Positions 47,899-58,598 of a stretch of 64,000 nt of DNA are shown piece by piece. Within the stretch, counting starts at the first letter, position 1, and each line of letters starts with the position of its first letter. The notes under the pieces were generated by a model. That model worked only from the letters and a program-made list of their open reading frames with translations. It made no database searches and was not told where the DNA came from. The translations under genes and the position numbers were made by a program. Source of the stretch: Rebecca billardiae RCC1528. Lineage: Eukaryota; Protista; Haptophyta. Where the stretch lies: positions 1,302,001 to 1,366,000 of the forward strand of contig OZ251224.1 in assembly GCA_965240325.2 (NCBI GenBank). Reading direction: 5' to 3'.

Positions 47899-48296
47899 AG
47901 CTCTGATGATCGCAGGCTACGCGACGTGCCGCTGGCACCGTGTTAATGCATGGCGGCACTGCCGTACTGCCTACGGCAGCAGAGTGCTCGGCGGCCATCC
48001 GCCGGTCCGTTACAAAACTACAATGAGCCAGCGAAAGTCGGTGTACCCTGTGATTTTTGCAGGAATCTGTAGTGTCACGGCACCCTCCCCCCCTGCCCCT
48101 AGGGGGCCCATAGGGGCGACCCCCCAGATACCCAGGCTGAGCGGCTTTCTACCCCTCTGTAGGGACATGTCCCGGAAGTCACCGGCTGCCCATAGTGTGC
48201 ACGACACTGTTTGATTCCTCTGTATAGTCAGCGACGGTCCGCGCGCGCGCCGCCGCGCCGCGGCGCCGCCAGCTGCCGCTGGCGGCGGCCGCCCGC

Positions 48297-48879
48297 CGCG
48301 CCGCGCCAAGACCCCCCCCCCACCCGACCGCCCGACCCGACCCGACTGCCCGACTGCCAGTGCCACGCCGCGCCAAGACCCCCCCCCCCCCCCACCCGAC
48401 CGCCCGACCCGACCCGACTGCCCGACTGCCACGCCAGTCCGGGGCTAGTCCGGGCCAGTCCGGGCCGCATGGCCGCCGCGCCGCCGCCGCGCCAAGACCC
48501 CCCCCCCCACCCGACCGCCCGACCCGACCCGACTGCCCGACTGCCAGTGCCACGCCGCGCCAAGACCCCCCCCCCCAACCCGACCGCCCGACCCGACCCG
48601 ACCGCCCGACTGCCACGCCAGTCCGGGGCTAGTCCGGGCCAGTCCGGGCCATGGCCGCCGCGCCGCCGCCGCGCCCGAAGACCCCCCCCCCACCCGACCG
48701 CCCGACCCGACCCGACTGCCCGACTGCCAGTGCCACGCCGCGCCAAGACCCCCCCCCCTCACCCGACCGCCCGACCCGACCCGACTGCCCGACTGCCACG
48801 CCAGTCCGGGGCTAGTCCGGGCCAGTCCGGGCCATGGCCGCCGGCGCCGCGCCGCCGCGCCAAGACCCCCCCCCCCCAC
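48297..48879 (+). repeat. Subterminal tandem array, first part: CCAAGAC(C)nACCCGACCGCCCGACCCGACCCGACTGCC units
   Basis: Multiple near-identical units. Confidence 0.92.
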
Positions 48880-50815
48880 TAGCCTGGTCCAAACGCACTG
48901 GAGCACTTTCGGGGATTTTATCGCCAAATGAATGCGGGCCCCTAGGCGCGCGCTCACACCCGGAAACAGCGTAGCAAATGGGCCCAGCCCGGGCGGAGCA
49001 AAAGTTTCGGCCTAAAAATCGCATCCGCGGCCCGTCGTGAGCGTGCGCGCGCGCGCCGCGGACAACTACGGACACATAGAGAATCGTCAGTCTGAATGTG
49101 GGTAAGTACTTAGCCGAAATGAGCCCAAACGCACGAACTTACTTATTGGCGTACGTCGAGGCGAACATGAACCTTGGTACAGGCTATTAGGATGGGCTCT
49201 GGTCTGTGCGCAAGTGGCCGTACTCAACTACTGCAAGATTGACTATATTACCCATTTGTACCCGCATAATATGGGAAATTTACCCGCATAAATATGCGTT
49301 CTGAGTCTGTGTAATTAAATGCCAGTATGTCGTTACATATTCGCCATAGGTGGGTAGCTGTCCCAGGCTGCACGATTAGTGCGGCGCTCGGGGTGCAGTG
49401 GTCGGACGAGGCTCCGCCTGGCCTTCCGCGCACTCCTGCAGACAAGAAGAGGGCCGGACTCCCACCCGGCCAGGCGTGCGACAGTCGGTCAGGTGCTGGA
49501 CCTGGTCTGGAGACCATCTCCTGCGTGGCGACTGGCCGATGTGCGGCACAACGCGCGCCGCCGTGAGCCACACGGCAGGTTCGCAACGGATCCGGATCGC
49601 GTGTCCATGGCGGCGTGCATCGAGTCATTCAAGCTGTCAAGTCGCGTGCCACGCCCGCCCTTTCACTTGGGGCATCCGTACTGCCTACAACGACGACATG
49701 TGCGTCCTTAGACGAGGCATAATCGCGGTTCTAGCTGCTCGTCCAAGGGTCAGATCGCACGTCCTTGCTCGCCCGACAGCCTCAACGGCGGACTGATGTG
49801 ATCCGCGGGTGACGATGCGACCGCTTCGAGTGCGCCTACGGCCACCACCGGGGTGGGGATCGTTCATGGGCACCCTCCGCGTGCCATGACATGCTCTGGC
49901 CGTGCGTGGTGACTTGACCCACCGCACGTAAACGGGGAAGACACCCGAGCACGTGCTTCCGAGCCACCCGAATGGCACAATGTGCCACCCATGGACACCA
50001 AACACGTGCCAAAGCGCGAGCCTTGCGTGCTGGAGTAGCCGCACGACACCAAGGAAGACGTACGAGCGCTCTCAACCATCTTCAAGCGACGACTCCGTCG
50101 ACTCTGCCTCGCAGACCGCGGTACGATCCTCGACCTTGTGCTCGCAGCAAAGGCCACGACGGTAAAGCAGCACCCAGGGGATGGGAGTCAGCCGGCAGCC
50201 ACTACAATGTAACTGTACATACCCAGCCCCGCAAGGCGAGCCGTCCTGATCGCCCCCAGCCCGTCATACAGCTCCACGAGAAGCACAAATCGACTGCCGC
50301 CGCCTTGGGCGACCCATGCGCAAACGTGACGGGACTGGCCGGATGAAGCGTTGGCGATGCGCAGCGCGCCCAACGCTGGTGGTGGCATCGAGTACATGCT
50401 AGGGGTAGGCGGTGCCCCATGCGAGCCGTCGCGTGCCGCGCATATTCCCGGAGGTGCCCCTTCTCGAAGGCGCAGCGCAACCCAGCAGCTGAGCGTTCGA
50501 CGCGCGCCGTCGGGCGAGAAGTCGACCTGGCGACGGACCGCGGGCGGCGGAAGCAACGCAGACATGTCGCTTAAGGTGTGCACGCACACCGCCGGGGCAC
50601 CCGAACGATGTGTCCAGCACTACACCTGACATGAGGCGGCGCAGTCGTCCAGTCGAGGCTCTCGAGCCCCTTCCGACCTCGTCGCGGCGAGCCGTCGGAC
50701 GGCCGGTGGCGATTTTTGACGAGCGCGACGAGCGACGAGAAAAATCGGGAGAAATGAGGCGCCCAAAATCCGAAAAAGGCTTTTTCAGTGGCGAAAATCG
50801 GGATGGACCAGGCTA
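48880..50815. mobile_element. Nested non-autonomous DNA transposon: 12-bp TIR TAGCCTGGTCCA, TSD CCCCCAC
   Basis: TIRs at 48880-48891 and 50804-50815; duplicated target at 48873-48879 and 50816-50822; interrupts a repeat unit that resumes afterwards. Confidence 0.8.
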
Positions 50816-51060
50816 CCCCCACCCGATCGCCCGCCGACCCGACCCGACTGCCCGACTGCCAGTGCCACGCCGCGCCAAGACCCCCCCCCCCCACCCGACC
50901 GCCCGACCCGACCCGACCGCCCGACTGCCATGCCAGTCCGGGGCTGCCACGCCAGTCCGGGGCTAGTCCGGGCCAGTCCGGGCCATGGCCGCCGCGCCGC
51001 GCCGCGCCAAGACCCCCCCCCCACCCGACCGCCCGACCCGACCCGACTGCCCGACTCGGG
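50816..51060 (+). repeat. Subterminal tandem array, continuation
   Basis: Same units as 48297-48879. Confidence 0.9.
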
Positions 51061-51108
51061 GCCACGCCCCGGCCGCCCGGCCGGGGCACAACGCGCGCGC
51101 GCCGCGCT

Positions 51109-51792
51109 GGGTGGACAAATGGGGGCGTGGCGCGCGCGCGCGCGCCGTCGCGCGGCCGACGACCTCGGTCGCCAGCGCGCTCGCCGCGCGACCGCGGCGC
51201 GCGTGGCCGGGTGCGCACGCCGCGGGCGGCGCAGCGCGAGGACGGACGGGTCGCCGCGCCGCGCCGCGCGCGCGCCGCGCCGGGTGGACAAATGGGGGCG
51301 TGGCGCGCGCGCGCGCGCCGTCGCGCGGCCGACGACCTCGGTCGCCAGCGCGCTCGCCGCGCGACCGCGGCGCGCGTGGCCGGGTGCGCACGCCGCGGGC
51401 GGCGCAGCGCGAGGACGGACGGGTCGCCGCGCCGCGCCGCGCGCGCGCCGCGCCGGGTGGACAAATGGGGGCGTGGCGCGCGCGCGCGCGCCGTCGCGCG
51501 GCTGACGACCTTGGCCGCGCGCGCGGGCCCCGCGCGCGCGCGCGCGCCGCGCCGGGTGGACAAATGGGGGCGTGGCGCGCGCGCGCGCGCCGTGCGGCCG
51601 ACGACCTCGGTCGCCAGCGCGCTCGCCGCGCGACCGCGGCGCGCGTGGCCGGACGCGCACGCTGCGGGCGGCGCCGAGCGCGAGGAGACGGGTCGATGCG
51701 CCGCGCACGAGCGACCCGCCCGGCTGAGCCAACCGTGACTGCCCGCCGCGCCGTGCGCGCGCCTTGTCCGGGTGGACAAATGGGGGCGTGGG
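51109..51792 (+). repeat. 173-bp GC-rich tandem repeat marked by GGGTGGACAAATGGGGGCGTGG
   Basis: Marker at 51109, 51282, 51455, 51554 and 51770. Confidence 0.9.
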
Positions 51793-52048
51793 GGCGCCGG
51801 CGCCGCATCAGCGTGGGCACGTAGGCGTTCGACCGCTCAGCCGCGCAGCTTCCAACTCCGATATGTATAATATTCTGAATATATAATAATGCTGACGTCG
51901 TCTGCCCGTCCGCACTGACCACTGTGTGCTGAGGATGCATTCTGACCGATACGCGACTGTTACCGTTATTGATTGCCGCGTCGTCGTCCTAACTCTAAAC
52001 TCAGACTAACATTAACAAGTGGCGCGGCCGAGCAGCTAGCTGCAGCAG

Positions 52049-53395
52049 CTAAGTTCCGCCGAAGGCGTCGGAGCAGAGCGCCGCAAACGTCTGGCCAGGG
52101 GCGGGCAGCGCCGCGGCGGTGCCGCAGCCGGCCTCACGGGCGGGCTGCTGCGCGGGGCCGCAGCACCCGCGCGCGCACGCGCCGCTGGGCAGATGGCGGT
52201 ACGGCAGCCCCCGGAGGCGAACGGCGCGCGCGCCGCCGCGCCGGCCGCCAGCAGCGGCGGCGACGCACACAGGATCACCGCAGCACAGGTCCATGCCGTC
52301 GGCGTTGGCGACGTAGTAGACGGTCCTGCTCGCATGCTCGCCGCGCTTGCGCTCGCACCACCTGCTCGTGGTCGAGCACGTCGCGATGCGGCCGTGCGGC
52401 GTGCTCCCTGCGTACACCCGCTGGACGCGCGGCCAGTGCCCGGCGGCGCCTGCGCCGGCCGCGTGCGCGACGAGCTGCGCGTTGAGCCACGCGACGAGCG
52501 CGCCGCGCCCCGCGGCGCGCGCGCAGAGCGGCGCCTGCGGGTGAGGCGACGGGCACGGCGGCGCACGCCGCGCCGCCGCCGGCGCGCCGGGGCGGGCGCT
52601 GCCCGCCGCGGCGCTCGCGGCGAACTCGAAGCGCTCGGTGCGCAGCCGCGTCAGCGCGAGCCAACGCGCCGGCTCGCAGCGCTGCCGCAGGGCGTGCCCG
52701 GCCGGCAGCGCCGAGAGCCAGGCGCAGCGCACGACGCCCGAGCCGTCGGCAGCGACGACGGCGGCGGGCAGGTAGGGCGGGCCGCCGTCCGCCTTGGCCG
52801 TGAACGGCAAGCGCAAGCCGGAGCGGTAGATCGACCCATCGACCTCGGCCTTGGCAAAGAGGGCGCGCACAGGGCTCGCCTGCAGCCGCACGTCCAGCTC
52901 CCGCGCGACGCGCTGCGCCTCCGAAGAGCTCAGGACCGCACTGTCGCCCCAGGTGGCGTGCAGGCCCGCGCGGAACAGGCCGGCGTCGTCCGCGGCGACC
53001 CCGAGGCGCGAGGGCGTCGCCGCGCGCGCCGAGACGTGCACGGCGTGGCCGCGCGCGGGACGGGGCACGCCGTGGAACGCAGCGTCTGCCGCGTCGTAGA
53101 GGTCGACGAGCAGCGCGGCGAGGGCGTCGTACGAGGGCATGCGGGAGAAGCGCAGATCCACGTCGACGCCGAACCGCGCGCGCGCGCCGAACGTCTCGAC
53201 GACCATGGGCGCGCGCGCGCCAAGCAGCGCGTACGACGACGCGACGAGCGCGTCCAGCCGCGGCAGAGAGGCGCTCGGCACGTGCAGCCGACCGCCCACC
53301 CTGTGGCCGTCGGCGTCGCGGAGGAACACAATCTCGTGGGTGCACGGCTCGTCGCCGCCGGCGCGCGCGCGATTTGCCCCGGCCGGTGGTAGCAC
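52049..53395 (-). CDS. NCLDV-type AEP primase-polymerase (PrimPol; phycodnavirus A468R-like) with C-terminal Zn finger; no ATG at the 5' end
   Basis: TH..GGRLHVP...VVE...RFGVDVD (motif I), GLH.TW (II), VDGSIY.SGLRLPFTAK..PYLP (III), WCERKRGEH..VYY...C.D..C (CHC2 finger); intronless. Confidence 0.8.
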   Translation of the reverse strand: MLPPAGANRARAGGDEPCTHEIVFLRDADGHRVGGRLHVPSASLPRLDALVASSYALLGARAPMVVETFGARARFGVDVDLRFSRMPSYDALAALLVDLYDAADAAFHGVPRPARGHAVHVSARAATPSRLGVAADDAGLFRAGLHATWGDSAVLSSSEAQRVARELDVRLQASPVRALFAKAEVDGSIYRSGLRLPFTAKADGGPPYLPAAVVAADGSGVVRCAWLSALPAGHALRQRCEPARWLALTRLRTERFEFAASAAAGSARPGAPAAARRAPPCPSPHPQAPLCARAAGRGALVAWLNAQLVAHAAGAGAAGHWPRVQRVYAGSTPHGRIATCSTTSRWCERKRGEHASRTVYYVANADGMDLCCGDPVCVAAAAGGRRGGARAVRLRGLPYRHLPSGACARGCCGPAQQPAREAGCGTAAALPAPGQTFAALCSDAFGGT

Positions 53396-53407
53396 GGGCG
53401 GCCGGGC

Positions 53408-53559
53408 GTGGCAGTCCGAGGCAGTCGGGCGGTCGGGTCGGGTCGGGCGGTCTGGTGGGGGGGGGGTCTTGGCGGGCGCGCGGCGGCCATGGCCCGGACT
53501 GGTCCGGACTAGCCCCGGACCGGCGTGGCAGTCGGGCGGTCGGGTCGGGTCGGGCGGTC
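53408..53559 (-). repeat. Inverted copies of the subterminal repeat unit
   Basis: GGCAGTCGGGCGGTCGGGTCGGG...GTCTTGG is the reverse complement of the left array. Confidence 0.9.
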
Positions 53560-53808
53560 AGGTGGCCCGCCAAGCACAGCGGCCGTGGTCGGGTGCCGCC
53601 CGCCAGCACGGCGGCCGTGGTCGGGTGGGCCCGACTGCACCGCTCAACAGCTAGGGATGACGAGGAATCGGGCGTGTCACGTCGGCCAATCAGAGCGCGC
53701 GCGCGTGCGCGCCCAGTTACAGCTTCCCGCACTCTTCCTGGAAACTCCAGATTCCTGCAAAAATGGCAGGATAGACCCGAAAGTCGTACGTAACTATGCG
53801 GACGGTGC

Positions 53809-53914
<106 letters not shown>

Positions 53915-55162
53915 GATTAAATATATATATATATATTAAAATAGTCCCGACAGACGACGGTGGCAGCACGCGGCAGTCGTCAGTCGTGACACCGCCGCCG
54001 TCACGCCGCACGGTCCCAGCGCCAACTGCCACTAGTGAAAGCTCTGCTTTCACGGATGCAGTTAGTTCATTACAGTAGTCACTTAGCTTACGACATACCG
54101 ATCACTCATCGGGCCGATGGCGATGATGAGTGATGAATGATAATTCACACTGATGCCTTAACTGTGGCGACGCCGCGGTGGCATCACTGTGTCAGAGTCC
54201 AGTTTCCCTGGAGACGCCATCACCTATCTTTCAAATCATTATTTACCGAGCAGCCGTCATCGTCAGCGATATTTAAAATCAGTACTATAGAGGCCTACCC
54301 GCTCGGACAGACTGAGACTGGTCACTGGCTGGCGGCTCCGGCTTCACTCAGCGCGGAATGTCCAACCGGCCCTCATTGTTAAGCTCCATAGCATCTTGCC
54401 CTGGTGACCCCTGGCCGAAGGCTCCATCCAAATCGGGACCATGATGCATGCACTGATGCAGTGCAGTCCCGTACTCCACGGTCCGACCCCCGATTCACTC
54501 GCCGATTGATGGATTCGAGGTGAGCTTTTCGTCGGGCAAGTCGTTCAGCGGTTCCGCCGCGGAGCCCCGTTAAGATTTCACCCGCTGGACGACCCGCGCG
54601 TGTCTAACTTTTACTACTGTTAGTCTGTTTACATCCGTGATCCGACTAGTATTTCAAAAGTCAGACGTAACCCGGTAGCTACATCTTATGACTTATAACT
54701 ATATCGCGTTCGTTAAATCAGTATAGCCGCCGAGAGTCCGCCGTACTATTATCAATAATACTCTCAACTCTACTGACTGTGAACACCCCGCGTACAAATA
54801 ACTACGCGTCCGAGGACGACCGTACAGTTCAGCCAGGTAATTGAATAGTAATAATTTAGTCTGGTTGGTAGCTACACTCGTCAGATGGCAGCATCAGTTC
54901 CGGTATTAGCCGTGCGGTCCGCGCCACCGGCACCGACGGGCGCTGCATTGCGCTCCGTCCATGTGCCGTGCGGCCGCCGACAGTCACGGCAAGTTGCACG
55001 TTGCCAGCGGCGAGGCCCCGCGCCACCTAGTACATAGCCGCGCCTGCGGCACCCGCGGGCCACGGTGGCGCAGCCAATCGAGGCACGGGTACTCTATGAC
55101 AGTGACTGCGCAGGGTGTAGATGGCGTGGCCACCCACATCGCAAATCTGTGGAGCGTTGTGC

Positions 55163-55604
55163 TCACATAGGTCGCCCTGGTCCAGCTCCTGCTTGCATTT
55201 GTTTCTGGCCAGACAGGGTGCACGGCGAGAGGGTGGGAGGGGTCAGGAGTGGGTTCGCGCAATCACATCGAGCGGGCCAGGCACGGGCCAATTGTGGTCA
55301 TGTGCGCCGGCGCAAGGCACACCTGCAAGATCTCTTGCACCAGGGTGTGCGCGCCCCAGTACTTGTGCACGCATCGATCGACACACGTCGACTCGCCGAC
55401 GTTCAGCTCGGACTCTTTGTAGTGGCCTACGCACTTCTTGAAGCACTGGTCGACCATCCTGTGGGCGCGCACCGCACCAGGCGCAATGTGCATTACTCAG
55501 TCGCGGTGGCGTGAGGGAGCCCGCAGCGATGGGCAGGCGGCTGCACACTTGTTGAACATGTCAGCCATCGCCTCCAACTCCATCTGTTGCCCATTGCTCG
55601 CCAT
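55163..55604 (-). CDS. TIM10: Mitochondrial small Tim chaperone Tim10; introns 55548-55459 and 55322-55205
   Basis: Spliced [20 protein letters not shown]...[17 protein letters not shown] (twin CX3C). Confidence 0.9.
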
Positions 55605-55859
55605 CGGACGACGACGATGGCCGCGCTGCGCGCGCAGTCCTCGCAGCACTCTGCCCTGACGTCGCCTGTCCGGCCGGCTCAACAAGCAGCAAGTCGGATT
55701 CAGCATGTCGGAGAGTCCGGGCTGCATGACCGGTGCGATACGCTCTGGGCTGAGCACGAAGACCGTTGGTCAGTCTCAACCCGGCGATCTCGTGTTCGCG
55801 ACCCGCGGCGCAGCGCACCGGCGGGGGCGCGGCAGCACCTTGCCGGAGCCGGCGGCGCG

Positions 55860-57980
55860 ATGGGGATCCAGGGCCTCCTCCAGAAGCTCGAGCCGATCGT
55901 CGAGCGCCAGCAGGCCTTGGACAAGTACGCTGGTCAGCGCATCGGCGTGGACGCATCCGTGTGGCTGCATCGGGGCACGTACGCGTGCGCGACCGAGCTC
56001 TTCCGCGGCATGCCGACGACTAGGCACGTGGACTACTGCATGAAACTTGTCTCACTTCTGATCGACCGCAGGATCACGCCCGTTCTCGTTTTCGACGGCG
56101 GCAGCCTGCCCGCCAAGGCGCAGACGGCGGCCAAGCGGCGCAAGCTGCGCGAGGACGCGCTGGCCAAGGCGCACGAGGCGCAGCGCGAGATCGAGGCGCT
56201 CAAGTTCAAGGTGGCGAAGGAGCGCCCGCGCTCGAGCGACTGGGCGACGATCCAGAACGCGCTCGTGCAGGCGCAGAAGGACTTTGACGAGCTCTGCCAG
56301 GCGTGCACCGAGGTGACGCCCGAGCACGCGAGGGAGCTCATCTTGCGCCTCCGGTCTCGCGGCGTCGAGTACGTCGTCGCGCCGTACGAGGCGGACGCGC
56401 AGCTCGCGTTCTTCGCGCGCACGGGGAAGATCGACGGCGTGCTCAGCGAGGACTCCGACATGGTGGCGTACGGCTGCCCCAAGATCCTCCTCAAGCTCGA
56501 CCGGAACGCGGCGACGGTCGACGAGCTGCGCACGGACCGGCTGCAGGAGGTGGGCGCGAACGGCGAGGCCTTCGACCTGCGCCGCTTCACGCCGGAGGCG
56601 TTCACGCAGATGTGCATCTTCTCGGGCGTGGACTATCTGGCTTCGCCCAAGGGCCTCGGCTTGCTCACCGCGCGCAAGCTCCTCCTCCAGTACAAGTCGG
56701 CCGAGCGCGTGATCAAGGTGCTGAGGCAGACGAAGGGGATCGACGTGCCGGCGGAGTACGCCGCCTCCTTCCGCAAGGCGAACCTCACCTTCCGGCACCA
56801 GCGCGTGTTCGACGCGGAGGTCGGGGCGTTGGTGCCCCTCACGCCTCTGCCCGACGACATCGAGCTCTCGCCCGCCGAGCTCGACGAGGTGATCGGGCCG
56901 TCGCTGCCGCCCGAGGTCGCGCTGGGCATCGCGCGTGGCGAGCTGCACCCAAAGACGCACCGCCCGTGGCTTGCCTCGGCGCGCGGGGCGGCTTGGCGCG
57001 CGCACGCGCAGCCCGGCGAGGCGGCGCCGGCGGTCGCGCGGGGGCCTGCGCCACCCGTCGTCGCGGCCGCGAGCCCCGCCCGCTCCGACCTGGCCGCGCC
57101 GTCGCCCGCTCCGCGCCGCGCGTCGCCAGGTGCGCAGCTCAAGCCCAAGCCGAGCGCTCAGAGTCGTGCGCTCATCGAGTCGCTCACGCAGGCCGCTCGC
57201 GTCGAGTCAGGCCTGCCGGGCGCGCCGAGCCCCTTGCGCGGCGTGGCCGCGAGTCCCGGGCCGCGCGAGAGGCCGCTCTCGCTCGCGGCAGCGCTCGTGC
57301 CCGACGGCTCGCCGTCGCCACACGCTCGCGCCTCTCCCCCCGAGGCGGCGCGCGCCGCCGTGGCGCCGCCGAGCGCCGGCCGCGGCGCGCACAACCCTTT
57401 CCGCCGCCGGCCCGCCGCTCCGTTCCAGACAGCCGATCTGGGGCTGGGCCAGCGCGTGCGCTCGGTCGGATCGGCCGCCGAGGGCGTCGCTCAGCAGCTG
57501 GACTCACGCTTCGAGCAGAAGCAGGAGCCTGCCTCGCCTCGCGCCGCCTCGCCCACCGCGCCCGATCCGTCCACCGCACCAGCAGAAGCCCAAGGTCGCG
57601 AGCTCGAGCCGGCACGGCAAGGGCCCTCGGAGGAATGGGCGTGCCCGACCTGCACGCGCCTGAACGCGCTCACCGAGTGCATCTGCGCGACGTGCGCCCA
57701 CATGGAGGCCGCGCCGCACTTGCGCATGGCGAGTGCGTCGGCCAAGCAGACGTCGACGAGTGGCGTGCGTGGCTCGATGGCCACGCCGGCGCCGCTCTCG
57801 GCGGGCGCGCGAGGCGCGTCTAAGAACAAGGCGAAGCGCGTGCGGTATGGCAAGGGTGGCGGCGCGCCCGCCCGGAAGCGAGCGGCGACACCTGCAGGCC
57901 TGTCGTCGTCCATTCGCGACTACTTCGGCGGCCGCGGCGGGGCCGCCGAGTCCGCCGATGGGCCGAATCAGGCACCGTGA
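55860..57980 (+). CDS. EXO1: Exonuclease 1 (XPG/Rad2 family) with C-terminal RanBP2-type Zn finger and PIP-like motif
   Basis: MGIQGLL, GVDASVWLH, VFDG..LPAK, APYEADAQL, SEDSD; WACPTCTRLN..C..C; SIRDYF. Confidence 0.93.
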   Translation: MGIQGLLQKLEPIVERQQALDKYAGQRIGVDASVWLHRGTYACATELFRGMPTTRHVDYCMKLVSLLIDRRITPVLVFDGGSLPAKAQTAAKRRKLREDALAKAHEAQREIEALKFKVAKERPRSSDWATIQNALVQAQKDFDELCQACTEVTPEHARELILRLRSRGVEYVVAPYEADAQLAFFARTGKIDGVLSEDSDMVAYGCPKILLKLDRNAATVDELRTDRLQEVGANGEAFDLRRFTPEAFTQMCIFSGVDYLASPKGLGLLTARKLLLQYKSAERVIKVLRQTKGIDVPAEYAASFRKANLTFRHQRVFDAEVGALVPLTPLPDDIELSPAELDEVIGPSLPPEVALGIARGELHPKTHRPWLASARGAAWRAHAQPGEAAPAVARGPAPPVVAAASPARSDLAAPSPAPRRASPGAQLKPKPSAQSRALIESLTQAARVESGLPGAPSPLRGVAASPGPRERPLSLAAALVPDGSPSPHARASPPEAARAAVAPPSAGRGAHNPFRRRPAAPFQTADLGLGQRVRSVGSAAEGVAQQLDSRFEQKQEPASPRAASPTAPDPSTAPAEAQGRELEPARQGPSEEWACPTCTRLNALTECICATCAHMEAAPHLRMASASAKQTSTSGVRGSMATPAPLSAGARGASKNKAKRVRYGKGGGAPARKRAATPAGLSSSIRDYFGGRGGAAESADGPNQAP

Positions 57981-58598
57981 CTGACCGTCCGTCCGTCGGT
58001 GGGCCCATCCGCCCATCGGGCAGCGGGCTTAGCTACTGATTAATTACTGTGACTACAGTATAGTATGGCAATTGGCAGCGCCGAGGGCGAGGCAGTGCCC
58101 GAGACTGCCGTGCCAGTGGCCTTAAACTAATTATAACGACACAGTAATACATATATATATAGCTTATAATAATAGTATTTTGAATATTATATATAACAGT
58201 TTATGGCCCGCGGTGCTGGGCGGAGCGCGCAGCGTGCAGAGCCCGCACTGCGGGCCCGAACCACGTTTCAAAAAGATCTTTGATCAAGAAATTAGAAAAA
58301 AGGGACGGGGGACGATTTTTAGGGCTGGCGGAGACCGAGTTTCGAGTTTTTGAGATCGCATAGAGAGGTCTATCAGGCCAAAAAAACCGCGCCCAGCTGA
58401 TTCCCGATAAGTAATCGATGGACGGCCGTGACTTTAACGTAACGGTTCGTTACGAGCGCGATTCTAAGTATGAGATTGCCGCCAACCGCCAACCGATAAA
58501 AACGGCAAGGCAAGGGACCGGCGCCTCCGGTGGGCCTCGTCACGAGGCGGCAGCGCACGCTGCGCAGCGAAAGGCGGGGAGACGAGAGCAAGTGGGCT

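Larger units (their letters stand above)
48001..53808. mobile_element. ~5.8-kb element with inverted termini, subterminal repeat arrays and a PrimPol cargo gene (ends approximate)
   Basis: ATTTTTGCAGGAATCTG at 48053-48069 is inverted at 53748-53764; repeat arrays at 48297-51060 (+) and 53408-53559 (inverted). Confidence 0.65.

Noticed and set aside
48297-48879. CRISPR-like array
   Set aside because: The units are tandem and the intervening sequences are themselves repeated; no unique spacers, no cas genes, eukaryotic context.
49300-50650. Transposase within the nested element
   Set aside because: Only short interrupted ORFs with no recognisable DDE motifs.
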